From Octopus vulgaris (Eukaryota): 64,000 nucleotides of DNA. The translations under genes were made by a program, and so were the position numbers. The notes beneath the pieces are model-generated. The model did no database searches. It saw only the letters and a program-made list of their open reading frames with translations, and was not told the DNA's origin. Positions 14,320 to 26,855 of the stretch are shown here, in pieces; the first letter of the stretch is position 1; the number at the start of each line of letters is the position of its first letter. The stretch is from the NCBI GenBank assembly GCA_951406725.2, contig OX597827.1, forward strand, positions 44,826,001 through 44,890,000. Direction: 5' to 3'.

Positions 14320-14479
14320 TATTCTGTTATGTCTGGGGAGAGTCATTTTCTTTTTGTGCCTTATTATTTAACACACTCACCAGTAAAATTTCCACTTATT
14401 TCTTGTGGAAATTTTACCGGCGAGTGTGTTAAATTATAAGGCGCAAAAAGAAAATTACTCTCCCCAGACACAGCAGTAT
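14320..14479. repeat. Fold-back with ~76-bp arms and 9-nt spacer, nested in an outer inverted repeat (13944-13998 / 14524-14576)
   Basis: tgtctggggagagtcattttctttttgtgcc...aaaatttccac-ttatttctt-gtggaaatttt...ggcgcaaaaagaaaattactctccccagaca. Outer pairs: taatctttcagtata / tatactgaaagatta and ttaaaggggaaataa / ttatttcccctttaa. Confidence 0.85.
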
Positions 14480-15547
14480 ATCTACATTGTTTCACAGTAA
14501 ATTGATTTATTTATCTCCTCTTGTTATTTCCCCTTTAATTTTCATTTACTTTCTTGAACCTTATACTGAAAGATTATCCACGGGTATGATTTCAGAAAGC
14601 TTTGGCTGTTATTTGTAGCAAGATGATTGACCACGTAGCAGCTCCCCCATTAGCTTACATACAGGAATGGTAGAACAGCAGGGTTAATTGCTTTGCATTA
14701 TTTTAGTTTCCTCTTTTCATGTCAACCATTCAATCTCCACAGGGCTCATTTAATTCACTGCACACCTTCCAGAAATCAGTGGTCTTGTGGCTTCTCCGAT
14801 GAAATTATTACATTGCTATAATTGTTGCTTTCCAGTTCTATGCATTGCCTTACCTGGGTGCAGGTGATGGTGTTGTGTAGCCCAAGTCAAGCAGGTATGT
14901 GATTAACCTTTAGCATATTACAGGTACATCATGTTGCTTTACAAGTTTTCTCCCCTCTCAATGCGACACAGTGTGCCTGCAGCTACAGGGGAGAAATCTC
15001 GTACAGTGACATGATGTGCCTAAGCATGCTAAAGGTTAAAGACACTCCAGTTGTGACTATCTCTGTTTTAATATTCAGTGACATGGTATATGTCTGGCTA
15101 CATTGCTGATATTGTTTAATCCCAGCTTAGCTTGTTCAAGTAGATATTCGATTGGAGATATTCAAGCCATGACCATTGTGTCTTTTTATTCAGACACAGT
15201 GTATCTTGGAGTATATTATCCAATGTGTCATTTTTTAAAGTTGGAAGAGTGGGTGGGATTTGAGAGCAATTCTTCATGGATGGCAGGCAGTCAAAATAAA
15301 ATCTCATAGGGATTCACTTATTAGAGGAGGAGGTAACGGTACTGTTGTTGTTGTTATTGGTGGTGGTAGTGGTGGGAGTGGAGACTAAATTGATAGTCTT
15401 ATTGTGGTATTTAGTTATGTCCCTTTAAATTCAGACTGCAATTCTGCTGAGATCAACTTCGCTTTTCATCATCATCATCATCACAACAACAACAACCAAT
15501 ACCTTCCTTATGACAATGCTCTCTCTTACACACACACACTCATATGC

Positions 15548-15610
<63 letters not shown>

Positions 15611-16934
15611 TGCATGCACACAAATACACATCTGCCAAATCCACTCACAAGGCTTTGGTTGGCCCAAGGCTATAGAAGAAACACTTGCCCAAAGCATACA
15701 TACATGTACATCATCATCATCATCATCATCGTTTAATGTCCACTTTCCATGCTAGCATGGGTTGGACAACTTGACTGAGAACTAGCAGGCTGGATGGCTA
15801 CACCATGCTCCAATCTGATATACTTGTGTGTATGTGTATACCTTGGGCAAGTGTCTACTATTGCACTTAATATTTGAGGTTCTGATGAAGTTGTAAGGTG
15901 TTACTCAAGGACACACCTATGAGTCCACTGCACCTGATAGCAGAAACGGTTGCAAGCTAATAAAATTCATAAGATAATCTTTTATTCCTGTGTCATCGCT
16001 TTTTCCTACACACACAAATACCAGTAACCTACTGGAGTCATGTAGCCAACTTTTGTTTTACAGCCTTCCCACCCTATGTACTGCACTTGGTTATATTGAC
16101 AACACTGTCTTCCTTCTACTACTACTACTCCCTCTCCTCCTCACCCAAATTTCTGATCTTATCCCCAATATTTAACAATCATCATCATCATCATCATCGT
16201 AATTTCTGTACAACATTAAAATTCCTGATCAATAAATTTCTAAAATGGAAACTGATTCCATTCTCAATTATTCATGAATAGTTAGAAACATTGTTTCCCT
16301 TTCTCTTTTGTTTCCTCGGTATTATGTAACGGTGGTGGCGATGGCAGTGGTGGGAACAGCAGCAGCAGGGAAGAACTGGGGATGTAGAGCGGGAGGGAAG
16401 TTGGATGTGGTTGGGGGGGGGAGTGAAGTCAGCTTGTGTACAAAACATCTCCAGCGTCACCGCTATCACCACCACTGCCACCACCACCACTTCACCCACA
16501 GCTTACGCCCACCCCTACACCCGCAGCACACATCATGCCTTCCAGAATGGTCGGACAGTATCAAATCAGAATTAAGTTAAGCTGCCATCATCATTATTAT
16601 CATCATCATCATCATCATCGCCATCACCATCATCGCTGTCATCATCGTCATTGTTGTAGTCATTTTTGTTATCATCAACATCAGCAACAGCAGTAGCGTC
16701 ATCATCGTCATCATCATTATCATCGTTAAGATCATCTGATTAAATATCAGTTTCCCCATGCATGCATACATGCCTGCATGGGTTTGAAGAGGTCTGTTTG
16801 GTCCTTCACTGTCGCCATAGTAACCGAAATAGGAGAGCTAAAGGTGTTGAAGTGACGAAAGCAATATACTGCTGTATCAAATACACACATACACACACAC
16901 ACACAAAGTCTGTGTGTGTGGGGGGGGGTATATT

Positions 16935-17340
16935 CTTTTATTTGTTTCAGTCATTTGACTGTGGCCATACTGGAGCACCGCCTTTAGTCGAGCAAATCGA
17001 CCCCAGAACTTATTCTTTGTAAGCCCAGCACTTATTCTATTGGTCTCTTTTGCCAAACCACTAGGTTACAGGGACGTAAACACACCAGCATCGGTTGTCA
17101 AGCAATGTTGGGGAGACAAACACAGACACACAAACATATGCATATATTATTATCATCGTCATTGTTATTTAACTTCTGATGACAGGCTTCTTTTAGTTTC
17201 CATCTACCAAATCCTCTCACAAGGCTTTGGTCGGCCCAAGGCTATAGTAGAAGACACTTGCCCGAGGTGCCATATAGTGGGACTGAACCCGGAACCATGT
17301 GGTTGGTAAGCAAGCTACTTACAACACAGCCACTCCTGTA
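16935..17340 (-). mobile_element. tRNA-derived SINE family A
   Basis: Reverse-complement copy with head (ggactgaacccggaaccatgtggttggtaagcaagctact) and tail (tttcagtcatttgactgtggccat). Confidence 0.8.
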
Positions 17341-17467
17341 TATATTTTCTATCCCAAATTGTTCTGAGTTCCAGCCTTGTTCAAATCAACTTTGTGGTGA
17401 TTTAAATAGTTGATTTTCTTATAACTATGCTCTTGCATTCCTTCGAGTGTAACAGAATGAGTGAGAG

Positions 17468-17674
17468 TATGAAGGGGTGCTGAAAAGTTCCTGGCTTTTG
17501 GTAAAAGAAAATACTGGAGGGTCAGTTACTTATGATTTTATCCAACATATTCCCCTCTCAGGTTCACATACTTATGGCAGTGGTCCTTCAGTTTTTATAA
17601 CACAGAAAGTTGGGCCTCCAACCTAGCCTTTCACGATACCCTTAAAACCAGGAACTTTTCAGCTCCTTCTTGTA
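17468..17674. mobile_element. Tc1/mariner-type MITE
   Basis: TA-TGAAGGGGTGCTGAAAAGTTCCTGG ... CCAGGAACTTTTCAGCTCCTTCTTG-TA: TIRs with a TA target duplication. Confidence 0.7.
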
Positions 17675-17798
17675 TATATGAATGTTTATATATATATATA
17701 TAATAACAAATGGTAAAATTAATTAATTAAGAAGTAATCAGTAATTTCACCAAGTAGAATTCAGCATGAAAAAGACCATTTCATGGTAAGCTTAAGTA

Positions 17799-18034
17799 AT
17801 ACTTTATAATCAGGGTTCAGCAAAGATTTGCTTCACCACATACCGAAGTTTAGAAATAGCAGTCAAAAAATCTTAGCTATTCCTTCTACTTTAAAAGGGA
17901 CTCCCTAACCCTAACCCTGGTTTTTCTGGGATTCCCTTTTAAAGTAGAAGGAATAGCTAAGATTTTTTGACTGCTATTTCTAAACTTCGGTATGTGGTGA
18001 AGCAAATCTTTGCTGAACCCTGATTATAAAGTAT
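17799..18034. repeat. Near-perfect palindrome (~107-bp arms) with a (CCCTAA)-type spacer
   Basis: 17799-17905 versus 17928-18034 shows one mismatch by eye; spacer taaccctaaccctggtttttct. Confidence 0.9.
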
Positions 18035-18046
18035 ATATATATATAT

Positions 18047-18224
18047 ACGTAAAAAACACCCACTACACTCGCGGAGTGGTTGGCGTTAGGAAGGGCATCC
18101 AGCCGTAGAAACACTGCCAGATCTGACTGGGCCTGACGAAGCCTTCCAGCTTCACAGACCCCAGTTGACCCGTCCAACCCATGCTAGCATGGAAAACGGA
18201 CGCTAAACGATGATGATGATGATG

Positions 18225-18225
<1 letters not shown>
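18047..18225 (+). mobile_element. RTE 3' tail copy
   Basis: acgtaaaaaacacccactacactcgcggagtggttggcgttaggaagggcatccagccgtag...(GAT)n. Other copies at ~22436-22685 (-), 29840-30235 (-), 40590-40780, 48384-48570 and 58600-58847. Confidence 0.8.
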
Positions 18226-18269
<44 letters not shown>

Positions 18270-19077
18270 CTCTTTTATAAACAAATTTTGAAGTGCTGAG
18301 TGAGTTGGTATTTTATAGAAGATAAAAGCAAATAGCTGTGGAAACAGCTGAGATGATCAGGTAAATACCCTTAGAAGATAGATAAAAAAAAAAAGTGGCC
18401 CCAGGAAGTCACTTCAGGGAATTGAACCTTGTACCTCTCATGTTTATATGCACATTACTGGTTTCTCTCATCAGATTGTAGCACCACCTTTTAAAGGCTT
18501 TAATTAATTGTACTGGCCCCAGTATTTATTTCATTTATCTATGTCTACTTGCTAAATTGCATTTTCAATATAAAGGAATGCAATTCATCACTCCAGTTTA
18601 GATCAGTGAGCATAAACACACAGGAAAGCTACACACATACACACTCTTGTATGTGCATGCATGCATGTACCCTGGGCTGTCACATGCACTTTCTGTCTAA
18701 CAAATTCTGCCTATAATACAAGCAAGCAATGGTTTGTTATCTATACGAAAATGTCAAAAGAGATCTCTCCATTATTCGAAAACCTCACTCGGATATGTGG
18801 TCTGTGATAGAATTGAAACATGGGTCACGTCATTAGCTGAAACCCTCATGCAATGATGGAAGTGAGAGTCTGAGTCCAATGCTGAGTTAAGACAACATAC
18901 ATCAGTTTCATAGTGCTACCACTGTTTGTGTGTGACCGTCTGTGTATATGAAAGAGAGAGAAAAAAGGTGGGGTAAATATTTCTCATCATTCTGTGTAAA
19001 ACCAAAGTATCTTTGACAGATGTGGCATGAAACATCTTGAGCCCCTGATACCAATTTTACATGCTGGCACTGTTTAA

Positions 19078-19524
19078 CCATTTAGCATTCAGATTACTCT
19101 GTCAAAAGTAAGGATTATTTATTCACATTATTTTGAATTAACCCTTTAAAATTTAAAGTGGGCCATATCCGGCCAAAAGTATTCTGCCTGTTTTATGTTC
19201 AAATTGGCCAGATCTGGTCTATCACACCATCCCTACAATATCGTTTTAAAAATTAACAACTACCTCATCAAAATCTCATAGCTACAAGATAATGCATGAT
19301 TAGTTCAAAACAATGTGGATAAAAAAGGATTAATTTTGGCAGAATAATGCAAACACTAAAGGGTTAATCGTGGATTATCTTGTAGCTTCAAGATTTCAAC
19401 AATGTATTTGTTTATTTGTTTTTAGAATGACATTGTCACGTAGATGTAAGTGGCCAGATTTGGCCATTTTGAACATAAAACAGAATATTTGGGCCAGATA
19501 TGGCCAGCTTAAATGGTTAAGGGG
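19078..19524. mobile_element. piggyBac-type (TTAA) MITE with a second, inverted copy nested at 19142-19363
   Basis: Family termini TTAA-CCCTTTAGCATT ... AATGCTAAAGGG-TTAA. The inner copy is flanked by TTAA at 19138-19141 and 19364-19367. Other copies at ~40262-40490, 42024-42250, 49755-50520, 51530-51728, 55174-55392 and 62016-62227. Confidence 0.75.
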
Positions 19525-22167
19525 TAAAACTATTGTAAGTCAAACCCAAGTCAAGTTAATTCTGATGGAACAGACATGATCAAACATGTTCCAGCTGTAA
19601 TAACCAGTCTTTTTGTTTTAACCAGGACTACATTGTACCAATGTATCTTTCCTATTGTGGGATTTTTTTTTTTTTTGTGTGTTATTTATATGATGGGTAC
19701 AGTGTGATTTGTGAGAAATTTGGTTATTATTTCCTGCTGGTCAAGCAGCTCCATAGAAGCTCAATTCAGGTTGGTTCCCTCTTTGATTCAGGGAGCTGTT
19801 ATTTGCAATGTGGTTAGAGGATATACAATGAACCAATGGGGGAAGTTTTGTTAGACAAAGGGCTCTTGGTTGCAAACATAAACACAGACCTCCGCTAGCT
19901 GTTAAATAACCAACCAGGCCAGAAAATGAACCACTGATCCTACAGTTGGATTGGTTGTTATCTGATAGATATTCTGTCCACTTAAACCATCCAATACCAT
20001 TCCCACATACTACACATAAAACAACAACAACAACAACAGTGGTAACAACAACAAGTAAACAGTATGAAAATAATCGATATTTCTCAATTTTATCATACTT
20101 TGCAAGAAATGTAGAACATTCTGCAGAAGAATACTTGGCAGAAGAATCTGTATTTGGCAGTAGGTGGAGGGAGGGATTTGGAGGAGGGGGGGTGGAAAGT
20201 CCAAGGACATTAATATGATTTATGTTTAAGCTCTTCCTTGTAACTCGAAATAAATTATTTTTCACTAATTCTTTGTTTTTTTTTTTATTCTTTTTCGTTT
20301 CACGTATTTTTTTTTCTGGTCGGGGTTTCTTCACCCCCTCCCCCCACCATTCCTGCCACCTCACCCATGTTCTCGATCCCTTTATTAATATTTTATTTGT
20401 TGTTGTTGTTGCTTCTGCTGCTGCTGCTGTTGTGGTTGTTATTTTGTTTATTTTAGGTTTTAATTTTATTTTATTTTATTTATTTTTTTCATCTCAAATA
20501 TCCTCTGCCCACCACTCATGGAAATTTTTTCTTTATTTTCTTCATCTTCTCTTTTCCTTTCCTGCTTTATTTATTTATTTATTTATTTATTCCTGTTGTT
20601 TGCGTCATCATCCATTATTTTATTTTATTTTATTTTATTTTATTTTAATTTCTTTTTTCCCCTATCTTTCCCATCCTCTCATGTTTCATCAACACTATCT
20701 CCTCATTTCCTCTTTCACCATTGTCGTTGTCTTGTCTTCTCTTTACGTTCTTTATTTATTTATTTTTTAAATTTCAAAAATTTTTTTTTCTTTCATCACC
20801 CCCATCCATTACCACCACACTCCCCTTCATCTCTTTGCCTGTTGTTTCCCTTCCCCGCCCCCCACCAATCCATCTCTATCAGTGTCTTCTTGCTGTCCTA
20901 ACCATTGTCAGTCATCTCATTCCGTCCTTCTTATTACCTCACCTTTTTTTTTTCCTTCGTTAGAGCCGTTCATTCTCATTTAAACCATTCCATCATCTCT
21001 TTTTCACTTTGTTATTTCAATCTCATCTGTTTTCCTCCCTACCCACCCCCGTCATCATCTCTTTCCATTTTCTTTTCATCTATGTCTTGTCTTTTTTCTC
21101 TCTCTTTCTTTCTCTCGTTTCATCTACATTATCGTTATTCTTGTTTTTCTTTTGCTTATTTTTCCTAAATTTATGTTACTAGTACAGTTTATCTTTTTTT
21201 GTTTTTCATCTCTATTAATCTTTTCCATTTTATTTATTTATTTATTTCTCTTCTATTATCATATTCTGTCTTTTTATGTCATCTTGTTTCACCTAGCTTG
21301 CAATCTCATTTCACCCTGGCTTGTAATTGTTTTTATCTACATTGTCTTGTCATTTTTTTTTTGCCTATTTTGTCAAATCATGTTCTCTCTTTTATCATCT
21401 CCTTTTTGCCTTTCTTTTTTTTTTGTTTTATATTTATTTCCTTATCATTTATTTGCATCATCATCATCATCGTCTTTCTCTTTCCTTGTTTACAACTTAA
21501 CTATCATCACTTTCCTATTGTTATCATTTTCTCTTATTTGCTTTCATCTCACATCCTCTTCTTTGACATCTCAGTTTTCTCTTTGTTGTCATTCTATTCC
21601 ATCTCCATCATCATCATCGTCATCATTATTTACCATCCATTTTTCTATGCCAGCACAGCTCAGACAGTACATGTTGAGGAAGAGTTTCTATAACTGGATG
21701 CCCTTCTTGTCACCAACCCTCACCTTTTCCCAAGCAAGGTTAATATATCACATGGCCAAGCATATTTTCCATGGAAGACTAAAAACAAACTCATTGGTGT
21801 CATGATGATGCTCCTTTAAAACCATGCACACACACGCATACATTTATACACATATGACAGGCTTCTTTCAGTTTCTGCCTACCAAATTCATCAAGTCTGT
21901 AGTTCACCTGGAGCTATAGTAGAAGACACTTGCCCCAAGGTGACATGCAGTGGAATTGAACCTTAGACCACATAGCCAAACCTACACGTAATTATTAGGT
22001 CTTATTAGTTTGTTGTTGTGTCAACAAGACAGTTTTTTTCACACATCTCTTTCTTTCATATCTCAGACTGGATCAGCTAAAGAACCTGTGTGTGGTTGTG
22101 CCACCTGCTAGAAATAGTAACCAAATTTCTTTCTTCATAAAGTGAAGACTCATTGCATAATGTAGTC

Positions 22168-22213
<46 letters not shown>

Positions 22214-23092
22214 CTGGGTATAAAAAAGAAAAGGAAATGGATGGTTTGTTGCTGCTGAAATGATTTGTGGGGTTAAGAAGTTTGCTTCCCAACTACATAG
22301 TTTTAGATTCAGGCCCCTTGGATGGCATCTTGAACAGGTGTCTTCTACTATTAATCTCAGACCAACCAAAGCCTTGTGAGTGGATCTGGTAAATGGAAAT
22401 ACAAAGAAGTTAGCCATATATACATATATACATATCATCATCATCGTTTAACGTCCGCTTTCCATGCTAGCATGGGTTGGACGGTTCAACTGGGGTCTGG
22501 GATGCCAGAAGGCTGCACCAGACCCAGTCTGATCTGGCAATATTTCTATGGCTGGATGCCCTTTCTAACGCCAACCACTCCATGAGTATAGTGGGTGCTT
22601 TTTACGTGCCAGGCGAGGTTGGCAACGGCCACGAACGGATGGTGCTTTTTACGTGCCACCGGTACGAGGCCAGTCGGGGCGGCGCAGGACAGAAAGAACA
22701 CAACTAACGGAAACCAACAAAACACAACATGCAGAAAAATAAACGATAGAATGACAAACAGCAAACAGGACAAAAACAAGATACACGGATCGTTAGCAGC
22801 CGGTTTCCTCATCTGCTGGAGTCTGGAAAGTCCTTGTAGTTTCGCACCCCATATATAAAACAAAACAGGAAGTAGAAAAACATTGTCGGTATTATTTATT
22901 CACCAACTCTTTTGTTTTGTTATAACTCTGCAATCAATATTTCCAGAATTTTCAACTCTAATATGTACCTCACATCAATACAACAACTACATACTAGATT
23001 GTAATACTGGGATTAGCAGATGTACTTCAAGAGGATACAGCTTGGATTTTTCCCTACCTGCAAAACATCACTACACACACACGCACGCACGT

Positions 23093-23148
<56 letters not shown>

Positions 23149-24927
23149 TGTGTGTTTGTGTCTCCTTATCGTGACATCCCATGATAGTTGTAAATAAATG
23201 CGTCTGTCATGACAAATGAATTGGTGTCAGTCATTTTCAGTCTTCTGTGGAAACCTGTCTGGTCTTGGGGAGATACTACCTTGCTTGGAAACAGACGAGG
23301 GTTGGTGACAGGGAGAGCACCAGTCTGTAGAAAATCTCACTGAACTCCACCCAATCCATGCAACCACTAACCACAGAAAAATGGACATTAGAATAGTGAT
23401 TCTTGGATCATGGGCTGACCATGGGACTTGAGAACAATAACAATCTTTGACATCACCATATTCCTTTTATTTCAAGATTACTGTTTCCAATTTTACCAAT
23501 TTTCCCCACCTTTCCATCCTCCTAGACATCCCCTCTCCTTCATAGTTATATTTGCATTTATCGTTTTTCTTTTCTTTGTTTTTTTTTCCTCACATTCAAT
23601 GCCAAACTATTGCCAAATTTACATGTTTGTGAAGAATATTCTACTCTCCTGAAAAAGGATTATTCTCTCTCTCTCTCTCTGCTTCTACCACTCTGCAACT
23701 CCCTACTAATGTCATCACCCCTCCTCTCCTCACTACAGCCACCACCACCACCACCACCACACTGTACACAAGATACAGCAACAACATTCTTTAGTTTCCA
23801 TGGAATGATAAAGTAGATTCCCAGTTACTTCCTGTCAGATAATTAAACTGGATGTTGCAAAACCTCATCTCCACCCATTCCACACCATGCCATGCCAGCC
23901 ACACCACTGCCACAACACTCACCACTACTGCCATCACTACTACTGCTGCAGTGGCCTCCTCCACCACCATTAGCATTATCATCATCAATCTTGACCACTA
24001 CCTGCCACCACTACCACCTAAAACAACAACAACGACAACAACCAATATTGACTACCACCAACACTAATATCACTAGTACAACCATCATCACCATCGTTGC
24101 TTTTACTACTACCACCACCACCACCACCACCATCCACTAATAATACCACCTTCATAACTACTACTTCCTCTACTACTCCCATCTTCAACACCACAGCAAT
24201 CATCATCATCATCGTCATCCTCATCATCACAGTTTGTTTCTGCTGCTTTGTTGAAATATTGTATACAACTAGGTTAACTGCTTTCCTTTCCTTCTTTGTG
24301 CCCACATTAGAAATCATCATCATCATCATCATCACCATCATTCTTGCCTTACACAGCAGCAGTAGCAGCAGCAGCAGCAGCATCTTTATCACTTTAATCT
24401 TCATCAGCATTATCATCATCTTGATTATCATTATCCTCATCACTGGGTAATGAGCATTTCTATCACTAGCAAACTCCTGACATCATCATCACCATGCTCA
24501 TCACCAAGTTCCCCATCTTCACCAGACTCACCATTATCATCGCCATCATCACTATTATCATCATCATCATCATCACCTTAACGATCTATAGATATCGACA
24601 CCACCAATACCACCAACACCACTATGACCACCCTGTCATCACTTTCAACAACCTCCTTACCATCATCATCATCATCACCATCATCGTTACTACCTCTCAG
24701 AAGCTGGGCAAGGAGAGGATTGATGTTTGGGTGGAGAGCGGCTACTGCAATGCTACCAAACATAGCTTCTCTTCCTTCAAGACTCAGCCATAAAGTCAGA
24801 TGCTACCACTTTGAAAGCTAATCCAATCTGACAGGTTTTCATGTCTTTAGAACTTTGAGTTTTTTGGGGGTTCCTTTTAGAGAGAGAGAGAGAGAGAAGT
24901 AGAGAGGTTTTTTTTTTATTTCCATCA

Positions 24928-25238
24928 TATTATTATTATTATTATTATTATTCAGGTCACTGCCTGGAATCAGGCATATGGTGTAGTGGTTAAGAGCATG
25001 GGCTACCAACCCCAAGATTCCAAGTTTGATTCCAGGCAGTGATCTGAATAATAATAATAATAATAATAATATCGAAAAATACCTTAGGAATGAGAACCCA
25101 GGTTCGAGATTTCCCCAAGACACCCGATGAAGGCTGGAGGGTGTATCAGCCAAAACGTTTTAACAACAAACAAGATGAGGATAAATATCAGTCAAATGGA
25201 AATAATGTAAATAATTCCTTATCTCTTAAATATAGAAC
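24928..25238 (+). mobile_element. tRNA-headed non-autonomous element with hammerhead-like motif and inverted 5' duplication
   Basis: A box TGGTGTAGTGG 24979-24989, GGG-ctaccaa-CCC anticodon-like arm, B box GTTTGATTCC 25024-25033, (AAT)n, then an HHR-like motif at 25120-25159. 24928-24971 is the reverse complement of 25028-25071. Confidence 0.65.
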
Positions 25239-25348
25239 AGTGTGTGTTATTATAGTTTAGTCCCAGGTCAGCTATGATCAGAGCAATTCTGTGGTCAAAG
25301 GCATTCCACTAATGACCATTACAACTCAGTTTTCTTTTCAAAAGTACA

Positions 25349-25700
25349 GTAGGTGCAGGTATGGCTGTGTGGTAAGAAGCTTGCTTCCCAACCACATGGT
25401 TCTGAGTTCAGTCCCACTGCATGGCACCTTGGACAAGTGTCTTCTATTGTAGCCTCAGGTCAACCATCACCTTGTGAGTGAATTTGGTAGACGGAAACTG
25501 AAAGAAGCCTGTTGTAGAAGTGTATGTGTGTATATATATACATGTGTGTGTGTGTCTGTGCTGTGTTTGTCCCCCACCACCACTTAACAACTCTAGGCTT
25601 TAAAAAGAAAATAAGGACTGCGGTCAAGTCATTCAACTAAAATTTCTTCGAGGTGGTGCCCCAGCATGGCCACAGTCTAATGACTACAACAAGTAAAAGA
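25349..25700 (+). mobile_element. tRNA-derived SINE family A
   Basis: ggtgcaggtatggctgtgtggtaagaagcttgcttcccaaccacatggttctgagttcagtcccactgc...cagcatggccacagtctaatgact. Confidence 0.8.
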
Positions 25701-25945
25701 TATCCGATGCGTACCAAGTCCCTGGTCAGCTGTGGTCAGAGCAGTGGTCAAACGGTGAGGTGGGTGGGTGACACATACTCATACACATAATGCCATCCCT
25801 TCTCCCAGTTTCCATCTATCAAATTCACTCATTGGTCATCTTGGACATAAAGTAGAAGACATTTGCTCAAAGTGCCACCACACAGTGGGACTGAACCTGG
25901 GATCACATGGCTGCAGAGTGAATCTTCTTAATCACGCAGCCATGC

Positions 25946-25994
<49 letters not shown>

Positions 25995-26215
25995 AAGCAT
26001 TATTAACTTCATATTGTATATTGTCCTTTAATGTTTTCATTATCTTTATTGATTTTATTGGGGTGGAAAATGGTGTTTGATGTTTTTTTCTTTTTGTTTC
26101 AATGTTTGTTAACATTTTTTTGTTCTTTTTTCCTTTCTGTTACCACAAACTGGTACAAACCATATTTACTGGTAATAATGAATTGAATATCGTTCGTTAG
26201 GTAAATAGAAAATTG

Positions 26216-26855
26216 ATAGATAATTGATAAATCGCTATGTAATTGATAGAGTAATTGATAGGTTGATAGATTAGATTTAGATTAGATTAGATTACAGATT
26301 ATATTAGATTATAGATTAGATTTGATTACAGATTATACACTAGATTAGATTTCGGATTAAATTCAGATTATGGATTATATTGGATTATAGATAAGTTTAC
26401 AGATTAAACTTGATTATAGATTATGGATTATATTAGACTATAGATTAGATTACAGATTAAATTGGATTATAGGTTATGGACTATATCAGTTTATAGATTA
26501 GATTAAATTATAAAGAGATTAAATTACAGATTAGATTAGGTTACAGATTAGATTAGATTACAGATTATACACTAGATTAGATTTTGGATTAAATTCAGAT
26601 TGTGGATTATATTGGATTATAGATAAGTTTACAGATTAAACTTGATTATAGATTATGGATTATATTAGACTATAGATTAGATTACAGATTAAATTGGATT
26701 ATAGGTTATGGACTATATCAGTTTATAGATTAGATTAAATTATAAAGAGATTAAATTTCAGATTAGATTAGGTTACAGATTAGATTATAGATAGATTAGA
26801 TTAGATTCCTCATTAGATTATAGATTAGATTACAGATTAGATTTGGATTAGATTA
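26216..26855. repeat. Degenerate (ATTAG)n satellite with an internal 232-bp tandem duplication
   Basis: gattatacactagattag occurs at 26331 and 26563, and the following ~230 bp repeat almost exactly. Confidence 0.85.

Noticed and set aside
20222-21805. Long F/L/S-rich ORFs resembling membrane proteins
   Set aside because: T/C-rich low-complexity tract; stop-poor in several frames at once, with no recognisable domain.
22790-22822. Minus-strand AGCAGATGAGGAAACCGGCTGCT, a possible stem-II-less hammerhead
   Set aside because: Several core mismatches and no helix II; it reads equally well as a simple hairpin.
23740-24700. Thr/His/Ile homopolymer ORFs (mucin-like)
   Set aside because: Degenerate (CAT)n/(CAC)n trinucleotide repeats with no splice or domain support.
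24689-24793. Peptide KLGKERIDVWVESGYCNATK after a CAG, faintly like the MAEA LisH segment
   Set aside because: It lies upstream of the exon it should follow, similarity is weak, and no donor precedes the stop.
24973-25045. tRNA gene (and the other tRNA-like SINE heads)
   Set aside because: No complete acceptor stem, and the sequence continues into repeat body; these are SINE-type heads, not functional tRNAs.
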